DNA of 64,000 nucleotides from Nemertoderma westbladi (taxonomy: Eukaryota; Animalia; Xenacoelomorpha), in NCBI GenBank assembly GCA_032718475.1, contig JAUCBJ010009092.1:124001-188000 (forward strand). The letters are read 5' to 3'. The translations under genes were made by a program, and so were the position numbers. Each line of letters begins with the position of its first letter. Within the stretch, counting starts at the first letter, position 1. Below, piece by piece: positions 14,201 through 29,400 of this stretch. The notes under the pieces were generated by a model, which saw only the letters and a list, made by a program, of their open reading frames with translations, ran no database searches and was not told the DNA's origin.

Positions 14201-17200
14201 AGACCCTCCTGTACTTCCCACTCCGTCTCCCACTCCCTCCACAGATCATCCTGTACTTCCCACTCCGCCTCCCACACCCTCCACAGACCCTCCTGTACTT
14301 CCCACTCCGTCTCCCACACCCTCCACAGATCATCCTGTACTTCCCACTCCGTCTCCCACACCCCCCACAGACCCTCCTGTACTTCCCACTCCGTCTCCCA
14401 CACCCTCCACAGACCCTCCTGTACTTCCCACTCCGTCTCCCACACCCTCCACAGATCATCCTGTACTTCCCACTCCGTCTCCCACACCCTCCACAGACCC
14501 TCCTGTACTTCCCACTCCGTCTCCCACACCCTCCACAGACCCTCCTGTACTTCCCACTCTGTCTCCCACACCCTCCATAGATCCTACTGTACTTCCCACT
14601 CCGTCTCCCACACCCTCCACAGATCCTCCTGTACTTCCCACTCCGTCTCCCACAACCTCCACAGATCATCCTGTACTTCCCACTCCGTCTCCCACACCCT
14701 CCACAGATCCTCCCGTACTTCCTACTCCGTCTCCCACACCCTCCACAGACCTTCCTGTACTTCCCACTCCGTCTCCCACACCCTCCACAGATCCTCCTGT
14801 ACTTACCAATCCGTCTCCCACACCCTCCACAGACCTTCCTGTACTTCCCACTCCGTCTCCCACACCTTCCACAGATCCTCCTGTACTTCCCACTCCTTCT
14901 CCCACACCCTCCACAGATCCTCCTGTACTTCCCACTCCGTCTCCCACACCCTCAACAGATCCTCCTGTACTTCCCAATCCGTCTCCCACACCCTCCACAG
15001 ACCCTCCTGTACTTCCCACTCCGTCTCCCACACCCTCAACAGATCCTCCTGTACTTCCCAATCCGTCTCCCACACCCTCCACAGATCCTCCTGTACTTAC
15101 CAATCCGTCTCCCACACCCTCCACAGACCTTCCTGTACTTCCCACTCCGTCTCCCACACCTTCCACAGATCCTCCTGTACTTCCCACTCCTTCTCCCACA
15201 CCCTCCACAGATCCTCCTGTACTTCCCACTCCGTCTCTCACACCCTCCACAGATCCTCCTGTACTTCCCAATCCGTCTCCCACACCCTCCACAGATCCTC
15301 CTATACTTCCCACTCCGTCTCCCACACCCTCCACAGATCCTCCTGTACTTCCCACTCCGTCTCCCACACCCTCAACAGATCCTCCTGTACTTCCCAATCC
15401 GTCTCCCACACTCTCCACAGATCCTCCTGTACTTCCCAATCCGTCTCTCACACCCTCCACAGATCCTCCTGTACTTCCCAATCCGTCTCCCACACCCTCC
15501 ACAGATCCTCCTGTACTTCCCAATCCGTCTCCCACACATCCACAGATCCTCCTGTACTTCCCACTCCGTCTCCCACACCCTCCACAGATCCTCCTGTACT
15601 TCCCACTCCGTCTCCCACACCCTCAACAGATCCTCCTGTACTTCCCAATCCGTCTCCCACACTCTCCACAGATCCTCCTGTACTTCCCAATCCGTCTCTC
15701 ACACCCTCCACAGATCCTCCTGTACTTCCCACTCCGTCTCCCACACCCTCAACAGATCCTCCTGTACTTCCCAATCCGTCTCCCACACTCTCCACAGATC
15801 CTCCTGTACTTCCCAATCCGTCTCCCACACTCTCCACAGATCCTCCTGTACTTCCCAATCCGTCTCTCACCCTCCACAGATCCTCCTGTACTTCCCAATC
15901 CGTCTCCCACACCCTCCACAGATCCTCCTGTACTTCCCAATCCGTCTCCCACACATCCACAGATCCTCCTGTACTTCCCACTCCGTCTCCCACACCCTCC
16001 ACAGATCCTCCTGTACTTCCCACTCCGTCTCCCACACCCTCAACAGATCCTCCTGTACTTCCCAATCCGTCTCCCACACTCTCCACAGATCCTCCTGTAC
16101 TTCCCAATCCGTCTCTCACACCCTCCACAGATCCTCCTGTACTTCCCACTCCGTCTCTCACACCCTCCACAGATCCTCCTGTACTTCCCAATCCGTCTCC
16201 CACACCCTCCACAGATCCTCCTGTACTTCCCAATCCGTCTCCCACACATCCACAGATCCTCCTGTACTTCCCAATCCGTCTCCCACACCCTCCACAGATC
16301 CTCCTGTACTTCCCAATCCGTCTCCCACACATCCACAGATCCTCCTGTACTTCCCAATCCGTCTCCCACACCCTCCACAGATCCTCCTGTACTTCCCAAT
16401 CCGTCTCCCACACCCTCCACACATCCTCCTGTACTTCCCACTCCGTCTCTCACACCCTCCACAGATCCTCCTGTACTTCCCACTCCGTCTCTCACACCCT
16501 CAACAGATCCTCCTGTACTTCCCAATCCGTCTCCCACACTCTCCACAGATCCTCCTGTACTTCCCAATCCGTCTCTCACACCCTCCACAGATCCTCCTGT
16601 ACTTCCCAATCCGTCTCCCACACATCCACAGATCCTCCTGTACTTCCCAATCCGTCTCCCACACCCTCCACAGATCCTCCTGTACTTCCCAATCCGTCTC
16701 CCACACATCCACAGATCCTCCTGTACTTCCCAATCCGTCTCCCACACCCTCCACAGATCCTCCTGTACTTCCCAATCCGTCTCCCACACCCTCCACACAT
16801 CCTCCTGTACTTCCCACTCCGTCTCTCACACCCTCCACAGATCCTCCTGTACTTCCCACTCCGTCTCTCACACCCTCAACAGATCCTCCTGTACTTCCCA
16901 ATCCGTCTCCCACACTCTCCACAGATCCTCCTGTACTTCCCAATCCGTCTCCCACACCCTCCACAGATCCTCCTGTACTTCCCACTCCGTCTCTCACACC
17001 CTCAACAGATCCTCCTGTACTTCCCAATCCGTCTCCCACACTCTCCACAGATCCTCCTGTACTTCCCAATCCGTCTCTCACACCCTCTACAGATCTTCCT
17101 GTACTTCCCACTCCGTCTCTCACACCCTCCACAGATCCTCCTGTACTTCCCAATCCGTCTCCCACACCCTCCACAGATCCTCCTGTACTTCCCAATCCGT

Positions 17201-17336
17201 CTCCCACACATCCACAGATCCTCCTGTACTTCCCAATCCGTCTCCCACACCCTCCACAGATCCTCCTGTACTTCCCAATCCGTCTCCCACACATCCACAG
17301 ATCCTCCTGTACTTCCCACTCCGTCTCCCACACCCT

Positions 17337-17436
17337 NNNNNNNNNNNNNNNNNNNNNNNNNNNNNNNNNNNNNNNNNNNNNNNNNNNNNNNNNNNNNNNN
17401 NNNNNNNNNNNNNNNNNNNNNNNNNNNNNNNNNNNN
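17337..17436. other. Scaffold gap (100 N)
   Basis: Exactly 100 N with satellite on both sides. Confidence 0.98.
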
Positions 17437-20400
17437 CCACTCCGTCTCTCACACCCTCCACAGATCCTCCTGTACTTCCCAATCCGTCTCCCACACCCTC
17501 CACAGATCCTCCTGTACTTCCCAATCCGTCTCCCACACATCCACAGATCCTCCTGTACTTCCCAATCCGTCTCCCACACCCTCCACAGATCCTCCTGTAC
17601 TTCCCAATCCGTCTCCCACACATCCACAGATCCTCCTGTACTTCCCACTCCGTCTCCCACACCCTCCACAGATCCTCCTGTACTTCCCACTCCGTCTCCC
17701 ACACCCTCAACAGATCCTCCTGTACTTCCCAATCCGTCTCCCACACTCTCCACAGATCCTCCTGTACTTCCCAATCCGTCTCTCACACCCTCCACAGATC
17801 CTCCTGTACTTCCCACTCCGTCTCTCACACCCTCCACAGATCCTCCTGTACTTCCCAATCCGTCTCCCACACATCCACAGATCCTCCTGTACTTCCCAAT
17901 CCGTCTCCCACACCCTCCACAGATCCTCCTGTACTTCCCAATCCGTCTCCCACACATCCACAGATCCTCCTGTACTTCCCAATCCGTCTCCCACACCCTC
18001 CACAGACCCTCCTGTACTTCCCAATCCGTCTCCCACACCCTCCACAGATCCTCCTGTACTTCCCACTCCGTCTCCCACACCCTCCACAGATCCTCCTGTA
18101 CTTCCCACTCCGTCTCCCACACCCTCCACAGATCTTCCTGTACTTCCCACTCCGTCTGCCACACCCTCCACAGATCCTCCTGTACTTCCCAATCCGTCTC
18201 CCACACCCTCCACAGACCCTCCTGTACTTCCCACTCCGTCTCCCACACCCTCCACAGATCCTCCTGTACTTCCCAATCCGTCTCCCACACCCTCCACAGA
18301 TCCTCCTGTACTTCCCAATCCGTCTCTCACACCCTCCACAGATCCTCCTGTACTTCCCACTCCGTCTCCCACACCCTCCACAGATCCTCCTGTACTTCCC
18401 ACTCCGTCTCTCACACCCTCCACAGATCCTCCTGTACTTCCCAATCCGTCTCCCACACATCCACAGATCCTCCTGTACTTCCCACTCCGTCTCCCACACC
18501 CTCCACAGATCCTCCTGTACTTCCCACTCCGTCTCCCACACCCTCAACAGATCCTCCTGTACTTCCCAATCCGTCTCCCACACTCTCCACAGATCCTCCT
18601 GTACTTCCCAATCCGTCTCCCACACTCTCCACAGATCCTCCTGTACTTCCCAATCCGTCTCTCACACCCTCCACAGATCCTCCTGTACTTCCCAATCCGT
18701 CTCCCACACCCTCCACAGATCCTCCTGTACTTCCCAATCCGTCTCCCACACATCCACAGATCCTCCTGTACTTCCCACTCCGTCTCCCACACCCTCCACA
18801 GATCCTCCTGTACTTCCTACTCCGTCTCCCACACCCTCCACAGACCTTTCTGTACTTCCCACTCCGTCTCCCACACCCTCCACAGACCTTTCTGTACTTC
18901 CCAATCCGTCTCCCACACCCTCCACAGATCCTCCCGTACTTCCCAATCCGTCCCCCACACCTTCCACAGATGCTCCTGTACTTCCCACTCCGTCTCCCAC
19001 ACCCTCCACAGATCCTCGTGTACTTCCCACTCCGTCTCCCACACCCTCCACAGACCCTCCTGTACTTCCCACTCCGTCTCCCACACCCTCCACAGATCCT
19101 CCTGTACTTCCCACTCCGTCTCCCACACCCTCCACAGATCCTCCTATACTTCCCACTCCGTCTCCCACACCCTCCACAGATCATCCTGTACTTCCCACTC
19201 CGTCTCCCACACCCTCCACAGATCCTCCTGTACTTCCCACTCCGTCTCTCACACCTTCCACAGATGCTCCTGTACTTCCCACTCCGTCTCCCACACCCTC
19301 CACAGATCCTCCTGTACTTCCCAATCCGTCTCCCACACCCTCCGCAGATCCTCCTGTACTTACCAATCCGTCTCCCACACCCTCCACAGATCCTCGTGTA
19401 CTTCCCACTCCGTCTCCCACACCCTCCACAGATCCTCCTGTACTTCCCAATCCGTCTCCCACACCCTCCACAGATCCTCCTGTACTTCCCAATCCGTCTC
19501 CCACACATCCACAGATCCTCCTGTACTTCCCACTCCGTCTCCCACACCCTCCACAGATCCTCCTGTACTTCCCACTCCGTCTCCCACACCCTCAACAGAT
19601 CCTCCTGTACTTCCCACTCCGTCTCCCACACCCTCAACAGATCCTCCTGTACTTCCCACTCCGTCTTCCACACCGTCCACCGATCCTCCTGTACTTCCCA
19701 ATCCGTCTCCCACACCCTCAACAGATCCTCCTGTACTTCCCACTCCGTCTCCCACACCCTCAACAGATCCTCCTGAACTTCCCACTCCGTCTCCCACACC
19801 CTCAACAGATCCTCCTGTACTTCCCACTCCGTCTTCCACACCGTCCACCGATCCTCCTGTACTTCCCAATCCGTCTCCCACACATCCACAGATCCTCCTG
19901 TACTTCCCAATCCGTCTCCCACACCCTCAACAGATCATCCTGTACTTCCCACTCCGTCTCCCACACCCTCAACAGATCCTCCTGTACTTCCCACTCCGTC
20001 TTCCACACCGTCCACCGATCCTCCTGTACTTCCCAATCCGTCTCCCACACATCCACAGATCCTCCTGTACTTCCCAATCCGTCTCCCACACATCCACAGA
20101 TCCTCCTGTACTTCCCACTCCGTCTCCCACACCCTCCACAGATCCTCCTGTACTTCCCACTCCGTCTCCCACACCCTCAACAGATCCTCCTGTACTTCCC
20201 ACTCCGTCTCCCACACCCTCCACAGATCCTCCTGTACTTCCCACTCCGTCTTCCACACCGTCCACCGATCCTCCTGTACTTCCCAATCCGTCTCCCACAC
20301 ATCCACAGATCCTCCTGTACTTCCCACTCCGTCTCCCACACCCTCCACAGATCCTCCTGTACTTCCCACTCCGTCTCCCACACTCTCCACAGATCCTCCT

Positions 20401-23400
20401 GTACTTCCCACTCCGTCTCTCACACCTCCACAGACCCTCCTGTACTTCCCACTCCGTCTCCCACACCCTCCACAGACCCTCCTGTACTTCCCACTCCGTC
20501 TCCCACACTCTCCACAGACCCTCCTGTACTTCCCACTCCGTCTCCCACACCCTCCACAGATCATCCTGTACTTCCCACTCCGTCTCCCACACTCTCCACA
20601 GACCCTCCTGTACTTCCCACTCCGTCTCCCACACCCTCCACAGATCATCCTGTACTTCCCACTCCGTCTCCCACACCCTCCACAGATCCTCCTGTACTTC
20701 CCACTCCGTCTCCCACACTCTCCACAGACCCTCCTGTACTTCCCACTCCGTCTCCCACACCCTCCACAGATCATCCTGTACTTCCCACTCCGTCTCCCAC
20801 ACCCTCCACAGACCCTCCTGTACTTCCCACTCCGTCTCCCACACTCTCCACAGACCCTCCTGTACTTCCCACTCCGTCTCCCACACCCTCCACAGATCAT
20901 CCTGTACTTCCCACTCCGTCTCCCACACCCTCCACAGACCCTCCTGTACTTCCCACTCCGTCTCCCACACTCTCCACAGACCCTCCTGTACTTCCCACTC
21001 CGTCTCCCACACCCTCCACAGATCCTCCTGTACTTCCCACTCCGTCTCCCACACCCTCCACAGATCCTCCTGTACTTCCCACTCCGTCTCCCACACCCTC
21101 CACAGACCTTCCTGTACTTCCCACTCCGTCTCCCACACCCTCCACAGACCCTCCTGTACTTCTCACTCCGTCTCCCACACCCTCCACAGACCCTCCTGTA
21201 CTTCCCAATCCGTCTCTCACACCTCCACAGATCCTCCTGTACTTCCCAATCCGTCTCTCACACCTCCACAGATCCTCCTGTACTTCCCACTCCGTCTCCC
21301 ACACCCTCCACAGATCCTCCTGTACTTCCCACTCCGTCTCCCACACCCTCCACAGATCCTCCTGTACTTCCCACTCCGTCTCCCACACCCTCCACAGATC
21401 CTCCTGTACTTCCCACTCCGTCTCCCACACCCTCCACAGATCCTCCTGTACTTCCCACTCCGTCTCCCACACCCTCCACAGATCCTCCTGTACTTCCCAC
21501 TCCGTCTCCCACACCCTCCACAGATCCTCCTGTACTTCCCACTCCGTCTCCCACACCCTCCACAGACCCTCCTGTACTTCCCAATCCGTCTCTCACACCT
21601 CCACAGATCCTCCTGTACTTCCCACTCCGTCTCCCACACCCTCCACAGATCCTCCTGTACTTCCCACTCCGTCTCCCACACCCTCCACAGATCCTCCTGT
21701 ACTTCCCACTCCGTCTCCCACACCCTCCACAGATCCTCCTGTACTTCCCACTCCGTCTCCCACACCCTCCACAGATCCTCCTGTACTTCCCACTCCGTCT
21801 CCCACACACTCCACAGATCCTCCTGTACTTCCCACTCCGTCTCCCACACCCTCCACAGATCCTCCTGTACTTCCCACTCCGTCTCCCACACACTCCACAG
21901 ATCCTCCTGTACTTCCCACTCCGTCTCCCACACCCTCCACAGATCCTCCTGTACTTCCCACTCCGTCTCCCACACCCTCCACAGATCCTCCTGTACTTCC
22001 CACTCCGTCTCCCACACACTCCACAGATCCTCCTGTACTTCCCACTCCGTCTCCCACACCCTCCACAGATCCTCCTGTACTTCCCACTCCGTCTCCCACA
22101 CACTCCACAGATCCTCCTGTACTTCCCACTCCGTCTCCCACACACTCCACAGATCCTCCTGTACTTCCCACTCCGTCTCCCACACACTCCACAGATCCTC
22201 CTGTACTTCCCACTCCGTCTCCCACACACTCCACAGATCCTCCTGTACTTCCCACTCCGTCTCCCACACACTCCACAGATCCTCCTGTACTTCCCACTCC
22301 GTCTCCCACACACTCCACAGATCCTCCTGTACTTCCCACTCCGTCTCCCACACACTCCACAGATCCTCCTGTACTTCCCACTCCGTCTCCCACACACTCC
22401 ACAGATCATCCTGTACTTCCCACTCCGTCTCCCACACCTCCACAGATCCTCCTGTACTTCCCACTCCGTCTCCCACACACTCCACAGATCCTCCTGTACT
22501 TCCCACTCCGTCTCCCACACACTCCACAGATCCTCCTGTACTTCCCACTCCGTCTCCCACACACTCCACAGATCCTCCTGTACTTCCCACTCCGTCTCCC
22601 ACACACTCCACAGATCCTCCTGTACTTCCCACTCCGTCTCCCACACCTCCACAGATCCTCCTGTACTTCCCACTCCGTCTCCCACACCCTCCACAGATCC
22701 TCCTGTACTTCCCACTCCGTCTCCCACACCCTCCACAGATCCTCCTGTACTTCCCACTCCGTCTCCCACACCCTCCACAGATCCTCCTGTACTTCCCACT
22801 CCGTCTCCCACACACTCCACAGATCCTCCTGTACTTCCCACTCCGTCTCCCACACACTCCACAGATCTTCCTGTACTTCCCACTCCGTCTCCCACACCCT
22901 CCACAGATCATCCTGTACTTCCCACTCCGTCTCCCACACCTCCACAGATCCTCCTGTACTTCCCACTCCGTCTCCCACACACTCCACAGATCCTCCTGTA
23001 CTTCCCACTCCGTCTCCCACACACTCCACAGATCTTCCTGTACTTCCCACTCCGTCTCCCACACCCTCCACAGATCATCCTGTACTTCCCACTCCGTCTC
23101 CCACACCTCCACAGATCCTCCTGTACTTCCCACTCCGTCTCCCACACCCTCCACAGATCCTCCTGTACTTCCCACTCCGTCTCCCACACCCTCCACAGAT
23201 CCTCATGTACTTCCCACTCCGTCTCCCACACACTCCACAGATCATCCTGTACTTCCCACTCCGTCTCTCACACCTCCACAGATCCTCCTGTACTTCCCAA
23301 TCCGTCTCCCACACCCTCCACAGATCAGCCTGTACTTCTCACTCCGTCTCCCACACCCTCCACAGACCCTCCTGTACTTCTCACTCCGTCTCCCACACCC

Positions 23401-26400
23401 TCCACAGACCCTCCTGTACTTCCCACTCCGTCTCCCACACTCTCCACAGACCCTCCTGTACTTCCCACTCCGTCTCCCACACCCTCCACAGATCCTCCTG
23501 TACTTCCCACTCCGTCTCCCACACCCTCCACAGATCCTCCTGTACTTCCCACTCCGTCTCCCACACCCTCCACAGACCTTCCTGTACTTCCCACTCCGTC
23601 TCCCACACCCTCCACAGACCCTCCTGTACTTCTCACTCCGTCTCCCACACCCTCCACAGATCCTCCTGTACTTCCCACTCCGTATCCCACACCCTCCACA
23701 GACCCTCCTGTACTTCCCACTCCGTCTCCCATACCCTCCACAGATCCTCCTGTACTTCCCACTCCGTCTCCCACACCCTCCACAGACCCTCCTGTACTTC
23801 CCACTCCGTCTCCCATACCCTCCACAGATCCTCCTGTACTTCCCAATCCGTCTCCCACACCCTCCACAGACCCTCCTGTACTTCTCACTCCGTCTCCCAC
23901 ACCCTCCACAGATCCTCCTGTACTTCCCACTCCGTATCCCACACCCTCCACAGACCCTCCTGTACTTCCCACTCCGTCTCCCATACCCTCCACAGATCCT
24001 CCTGTACTTCCCACTCCGTCTTCCACACCGTCCACCGATCCTCCTGTACTTCCCACTCCGTCTCCCACACCCTCCACAGACCCTCCTGTACTTCCCAATC
24101 CGTCTCTCACACCTCCACAGATCCTCCTGTACTTCCCACTCCGTCTCCCACACCCTCCACAGATCCTCCTGTACTTCCCACTCCGTCTCCCACACCCTCC
24201 ACAGATCATCCTGTACTTCCCACTCCGTCTCTCACACCTCCACAGATCCTCCTGTACTTCCCAATCCGTCTCCCACACCCTCCACAGACCCTCCTGTACT
24301 TCCCAATCCGTCTCCCACACCCTCCACAGACCCTCCTGTACTTCCCACTCCGTCTCCCACACCCTCCACAGACCCTCCTGTACTTCCCACTCCGTCTCCC
24401 ACACCTCCACAGATCCTCCTGTACTTCCCACTCCGTCTCCCACACTCTCCACAGACCCTCCTGTACTTCCCACTCCGTCTCCCACACCCTCCACAGATCC
24501 TCCTGTACTTCCCAATCCGTCTCCCACACCCTCCACAGACCCTCCTGTACTTCCCACTCCGTCTCCCACACTCTCCACAGACCCTCCTGTACTTCCCACT
24601 CCGTCTCCCACACCCTCCACAGACCCTCCTGTACTTCCCACTCCGTCTCCCACACCCTCCACAGATCATCCTGTACTTCCCACTCCGTCTCTCACACCTC
24701 CACAGATCCTCCTGTACTTCCCAATCCGTCTCCCACACCCTCAACAGATCCTCCTGTACTTCCCAATCCGTCTCCCACACCCTCCACAGACCCTCCTGTA
24801 CTTCCCACTCCGTCTCCCACACTCTCCACAGACCCTCCTGTACTTCCCACTCCGTCTCCCACACCCTCCACAGATCCTCCTGTACTTCCCACTCCGTCTC
24901 CCACACCCTCCACAGATCCTCCTGTACTTCCCACTCCGTCTCCCACACCCTCCACAGATCCTCCTGTACTTCCCACTCCGTCTCCCACACCCTCCACAGA
25001 CCCTCCTGTACTTCCCACTCCGTCTCCCACACCCTCCACAGACCCTCCTGTACTTCCCACTCCGTCTCCCACACCCTCCACAGATCCTCCTGTACTTCCC
25101 AATCCGTCTCCCACACCCTCCACAGATCCTCCTGTACTTCCCACTCCGTCTCCCACACCCTCCACAGACCTTCCTGTACTTCCCACTCCGTCTCCCACAC
25201 CCTCAACAGATCCTCCTGTACTTCCCACTCCGTCTCCCACACCCTCCACAGATCCTCCTGTACTTCCCACTCCGTCTCCCACACTCTCCACAGACCCTCC
25301 TGTACTTCCCAATCCGTCTCTCACACCCTCCACAGATCCTCCTGTACTTCCCACTCCGTCTCCCACACCCTCCACAGATCCTCCTGTACTTCCCACTCCG
25401 TCTCCCACACCCTCCACAGATCCTCCTGTACTTCCCACTCCGTCTCCCACACCCTCCACAGATCCTCCTGTACTTCCCACTCCGTCTCCCACACCCTCCA
25501 CAGACCCTCCTGTACTTCCCACTCTGTCTCCCACACCCTCCACAGATCCTCCTGTACTTCCCACTCCGTCTCCCACACTCTCCACAGACCCTCCTGTACT
25601 TCCCAATCCGTCTCTCACACCTCCACAGATCCTCCTGTACTTCCCACTCCGTCTCCCACACCCTCCACAGATCCTCCTGTACTTCCCACTCCGTCTCCCA
25701 CACCCTCCACAGATCCTCCTGTACTTCCCACTCCGTCTCCCACACTCTCCACAGACCCTCCTGTACTTCCCAATCCGTCTCTCACACCTCCACAGATCCT
25801 CCTGTACTTCCCACTCCGTCTCCCACACCCTCCACAGATCCTCCTGTACTTCCCACTCCGTCTCCCACACTCTCCACAGACCCTCCTGTACTTCCCAATC
25901 CGTCTCCCACACCCTCCACAGACCCTCCTGTACTTCCCAATCCGTCTCTCACACCTCCACAGATCCTCCTGTACTTCCCACTCCGTCTCCCACACCCTCC
26001 ACAGATCCTCCTGTACTTCCCACTCCGTCTCCCACACTCTCCACAGACCCTCCTGTACTTCCCACTCCGTCTCCCACACCCTCCACAGACCTTCCTGTAC
26101 TTCCCACTCCGTCTCCCACACCCTCAACAGATCCTCCTGTACTTCCCACTCCGTCTCCCACACCCTCCACAGATCCTCCTGTACTTCCCACTCCGTCTCC
26201 CACACTCTCCACAGACCCTCCTGTACTTCCCACTCCGTCTCTCACACCTCCACAGATCCTCCTGTACTTCCCACTCCGTCTCCCACACCCTCCACAGATC
26301 CTCCTGTACTTCCCACTCCGTCTCCCACACCCTCCACAGATCCTCCTGTACTTCCCACCCCGTCTCCCACACCCTCCACAGATCCTCCTGTACTTCTCAC

Positions 26401-29400
26401 CCTGTCTCCCACACCCTCCACAGATCATCCTGTACTTCCCACTCCGTCTCTCACACCTCCACAGATCCTCCTGTACTTCCCAATCCGTCTCCCACACCCT
26501 CCACAGACCCTCCTGTACTTCCCACTCCGTCTCCCACACTCTCCACAGACCCTCCTGTACTTCCCACTCCGTCTCCCACACCCTCCACAGATCCTCCTGT
26601 ACTTCCCACTCCGTCTCCCACACCCTCCACAGACCCTCCTGTACTTCCCACTCCGTCTCCCACACTCTCCACAGACCCTCCTGTACTTCCCACTCCGTCT
26701 CCCACACCCTCCACAGATCCTCCTGTACTTCCCACTCCGTCTCCCACACCCTCCACAGATCCTCCTGTACTTCCCACTCCGTCTCCCACACCCTCCACAG
26801 ATCCTCCTGTACTTCCCACTCCGTCTCCCACACCCTCCACAGACCCTCCTGTACTTCCCACTCCGTCTCCCACACCCTCCACAGACCCTCCTGTACTTCC
26901 CACTCCGTCTCCCACACCCTCCACAGACCCTCCTGTACTTCCCACTCCGTCTCCCACACTCTCCACAGACCCTCCTGTACTTCCCACTCCGTCTCCCACA
27001 CCCTCCACAGATCCTCCTGTACTTCCCACTCCGTCTCCCACACCCTCCACAGACTCTCCTGTACTTCCCACTCCGTCTCCCACACCCTCCACAGACCCTC
27101 CTGTACTTCCCACTCCGTCTCCCACACCCTCCACAGATCCTCCTGTACTTCCCACTCCGTCTCCCACACCCTCCATAGATCCTCCTGTACTTCCCACTCC
27201 GTCTCCCACACCCTCCACAGATCATCCTGTACTTCCCACTCCGTCTCTCACACCTCCACAGATCCTCCTGTACTTCCCAATCCGTCTCCCACACCCTCCA
27301 CAGATCCTCCTGTACTTCCCACTCCGTCTCCCACACCCTCCACAGATCCTCCTGTACTTCCCACTCCGTCTCCCACACCGTCCACAGATCCTCCTGTACT
27401 TCCCACTCCGTCTCCCACACCCTCCATAGATCCTCCTGTACTTCCCAATCCGTCTCCCACAACCTCCACAGATCCTCCTGTACTTCCCACTCCGTCTCCC
27501 ACACTCTCCACAGACCCTCCTGTACTTCCCACTCCGTCTCCCACACCCTCCACAGATCCTCCTGTACTTCCCAATCCGTCTCCCACACCCTCCACAGACC
27601 CTCCTGTACTTCCCACTCCGTCTCCCACACTCTCCACAGACCCTCCTGTACTTCCCACTCCGTCTCCCACACCCTCCACAGATCCTCCTGTACTTCCCAC
27701 TCCGTCTCCCACACCCTCCATAGATCCTCCTGTACTTCCCACTCCGTCTCCCACACCCTCCACAGATCATCCTGTACTTCCCACTCCGTCTCTCACACCT
27801 CCACAGATCCTCCTGTACTTCCCAATCCGTCTCCCACACCCTCCACAGATCCTCCTGTACTTCCCACTCCGTCTCCCACACCCTCCATAGATCCTCCTGT
27901 ACTTCCCACTCCGTCTTCCACACCGTCCACAGATCCTCCTGTACTTCCCACTCCGTCTCCCACACCCTCCATAGATCCTCCTGTACTTCCCAATCCGTCT
28001 CCCACAACCTCCACAGATCCTCCTGTACTTCCCACTCCGTCTCCCACACTCTCCACAGACCCTCCTGTACTTCCCACTCCGTCTCCCACACCCTCCACAG
28101 ATCATCCTGTACTTCCCACTCCGTCTCTCACACCTCCACAGATCCTCCTGTACTTCCCACTCCGTCTCCCACACCCTCCATAGATCCTCCTGTACTTCCC
28201 ACTCCGTCTCCCACACCCTCCACAGATCATCCTGTACTTCCCACTCCGTCTCCCACACCCTCCACAGATCATCCTGTACTTCCCACTCCGTCTCTCACAC
28301 CTCCACAGATCCTCCTGTACTTCCCAATCCGTCTTCCACACCGTCCACAGATCCTCCTGTACTTCCCACTCCGTCTCCCACACCCTCCACAGATCCTCCT
28401 GTACTTCCCACTCCGTCTCCCACACCCTCCACAGATCATCCTGTACTTCCCACTCCGTCTCCCACACCCTCCACAGATCATCCTGTACTTCCCACTCCGT
28501 CTCTCACACCTCCACAGATCCTCCTGTACTTCCCAATCCGTCTCCCACACCCTCCACAGATCCTCCTGTACTTCCCACTCCGTCTCCCACACCCTCCACA
28601 GACCCTCCTGTACTTCCCACTCCGTCTCCCACACCCTCCACAGATCATCCTGTACTTCCCAATCCGTCTCTCACACCTCCACAGATCCTCCTGTACTTCC
28701 CAATCCGTCTCCCACAACCTCCACAGATCCTCCTGTACTTCCCACTCCGTCTCCCACACTCTCCACAGACCCTCCTGTACTTCCCACTCCGTCTCCCACA
28801 CCCTCCACAGATCCTCCTGTACTTCCCACTCCGTCTCCCACACCCTCCACAGATCCTCCTGTACTTCCCACTCCGTCTCCCACACACCTCCACAGATCCT
28901 CCTGTACTTCCCACTCCGTCTCCCACACTCTCCACAGACCCTCCTGTACTTCCCACTCCGTCTCCCACACCCTCCACAGATCCTCCTGTACTTCCCACTC
29001 CGTCTCCCACACTCTCCACAGACCCTCCTGTACTTCCCACTCCGTCTCCCACACCCTCCACAGATCCTCCTGTACTTCCCACTCCGTCTCCCACACTCTC
29101 CACAGACCCTCCTGTACTTCCCACTCCGTCTCCCACACCCTCCACAGACCCTCCTGTACTTCCCACTCCGTCTCCCACACCCTCCACAGATCCTCCTGTA
29201 CTTCCCACTCCGTCTCCCACACCCTCCACAGATCCTCCTGTACTTCCCACTCCGTCTCCCACATCCTCCACAGATCCTCCTGTACTTCCCACTCCGTCTC
29301 CCACACCCTCCACAGATCATCCTGTACTTCCCACTCCGTCTCTCACACCTCCACAGATCCTCCTGTACTTCCCAATCCGTCTCCCACACCCTCCACAGAT

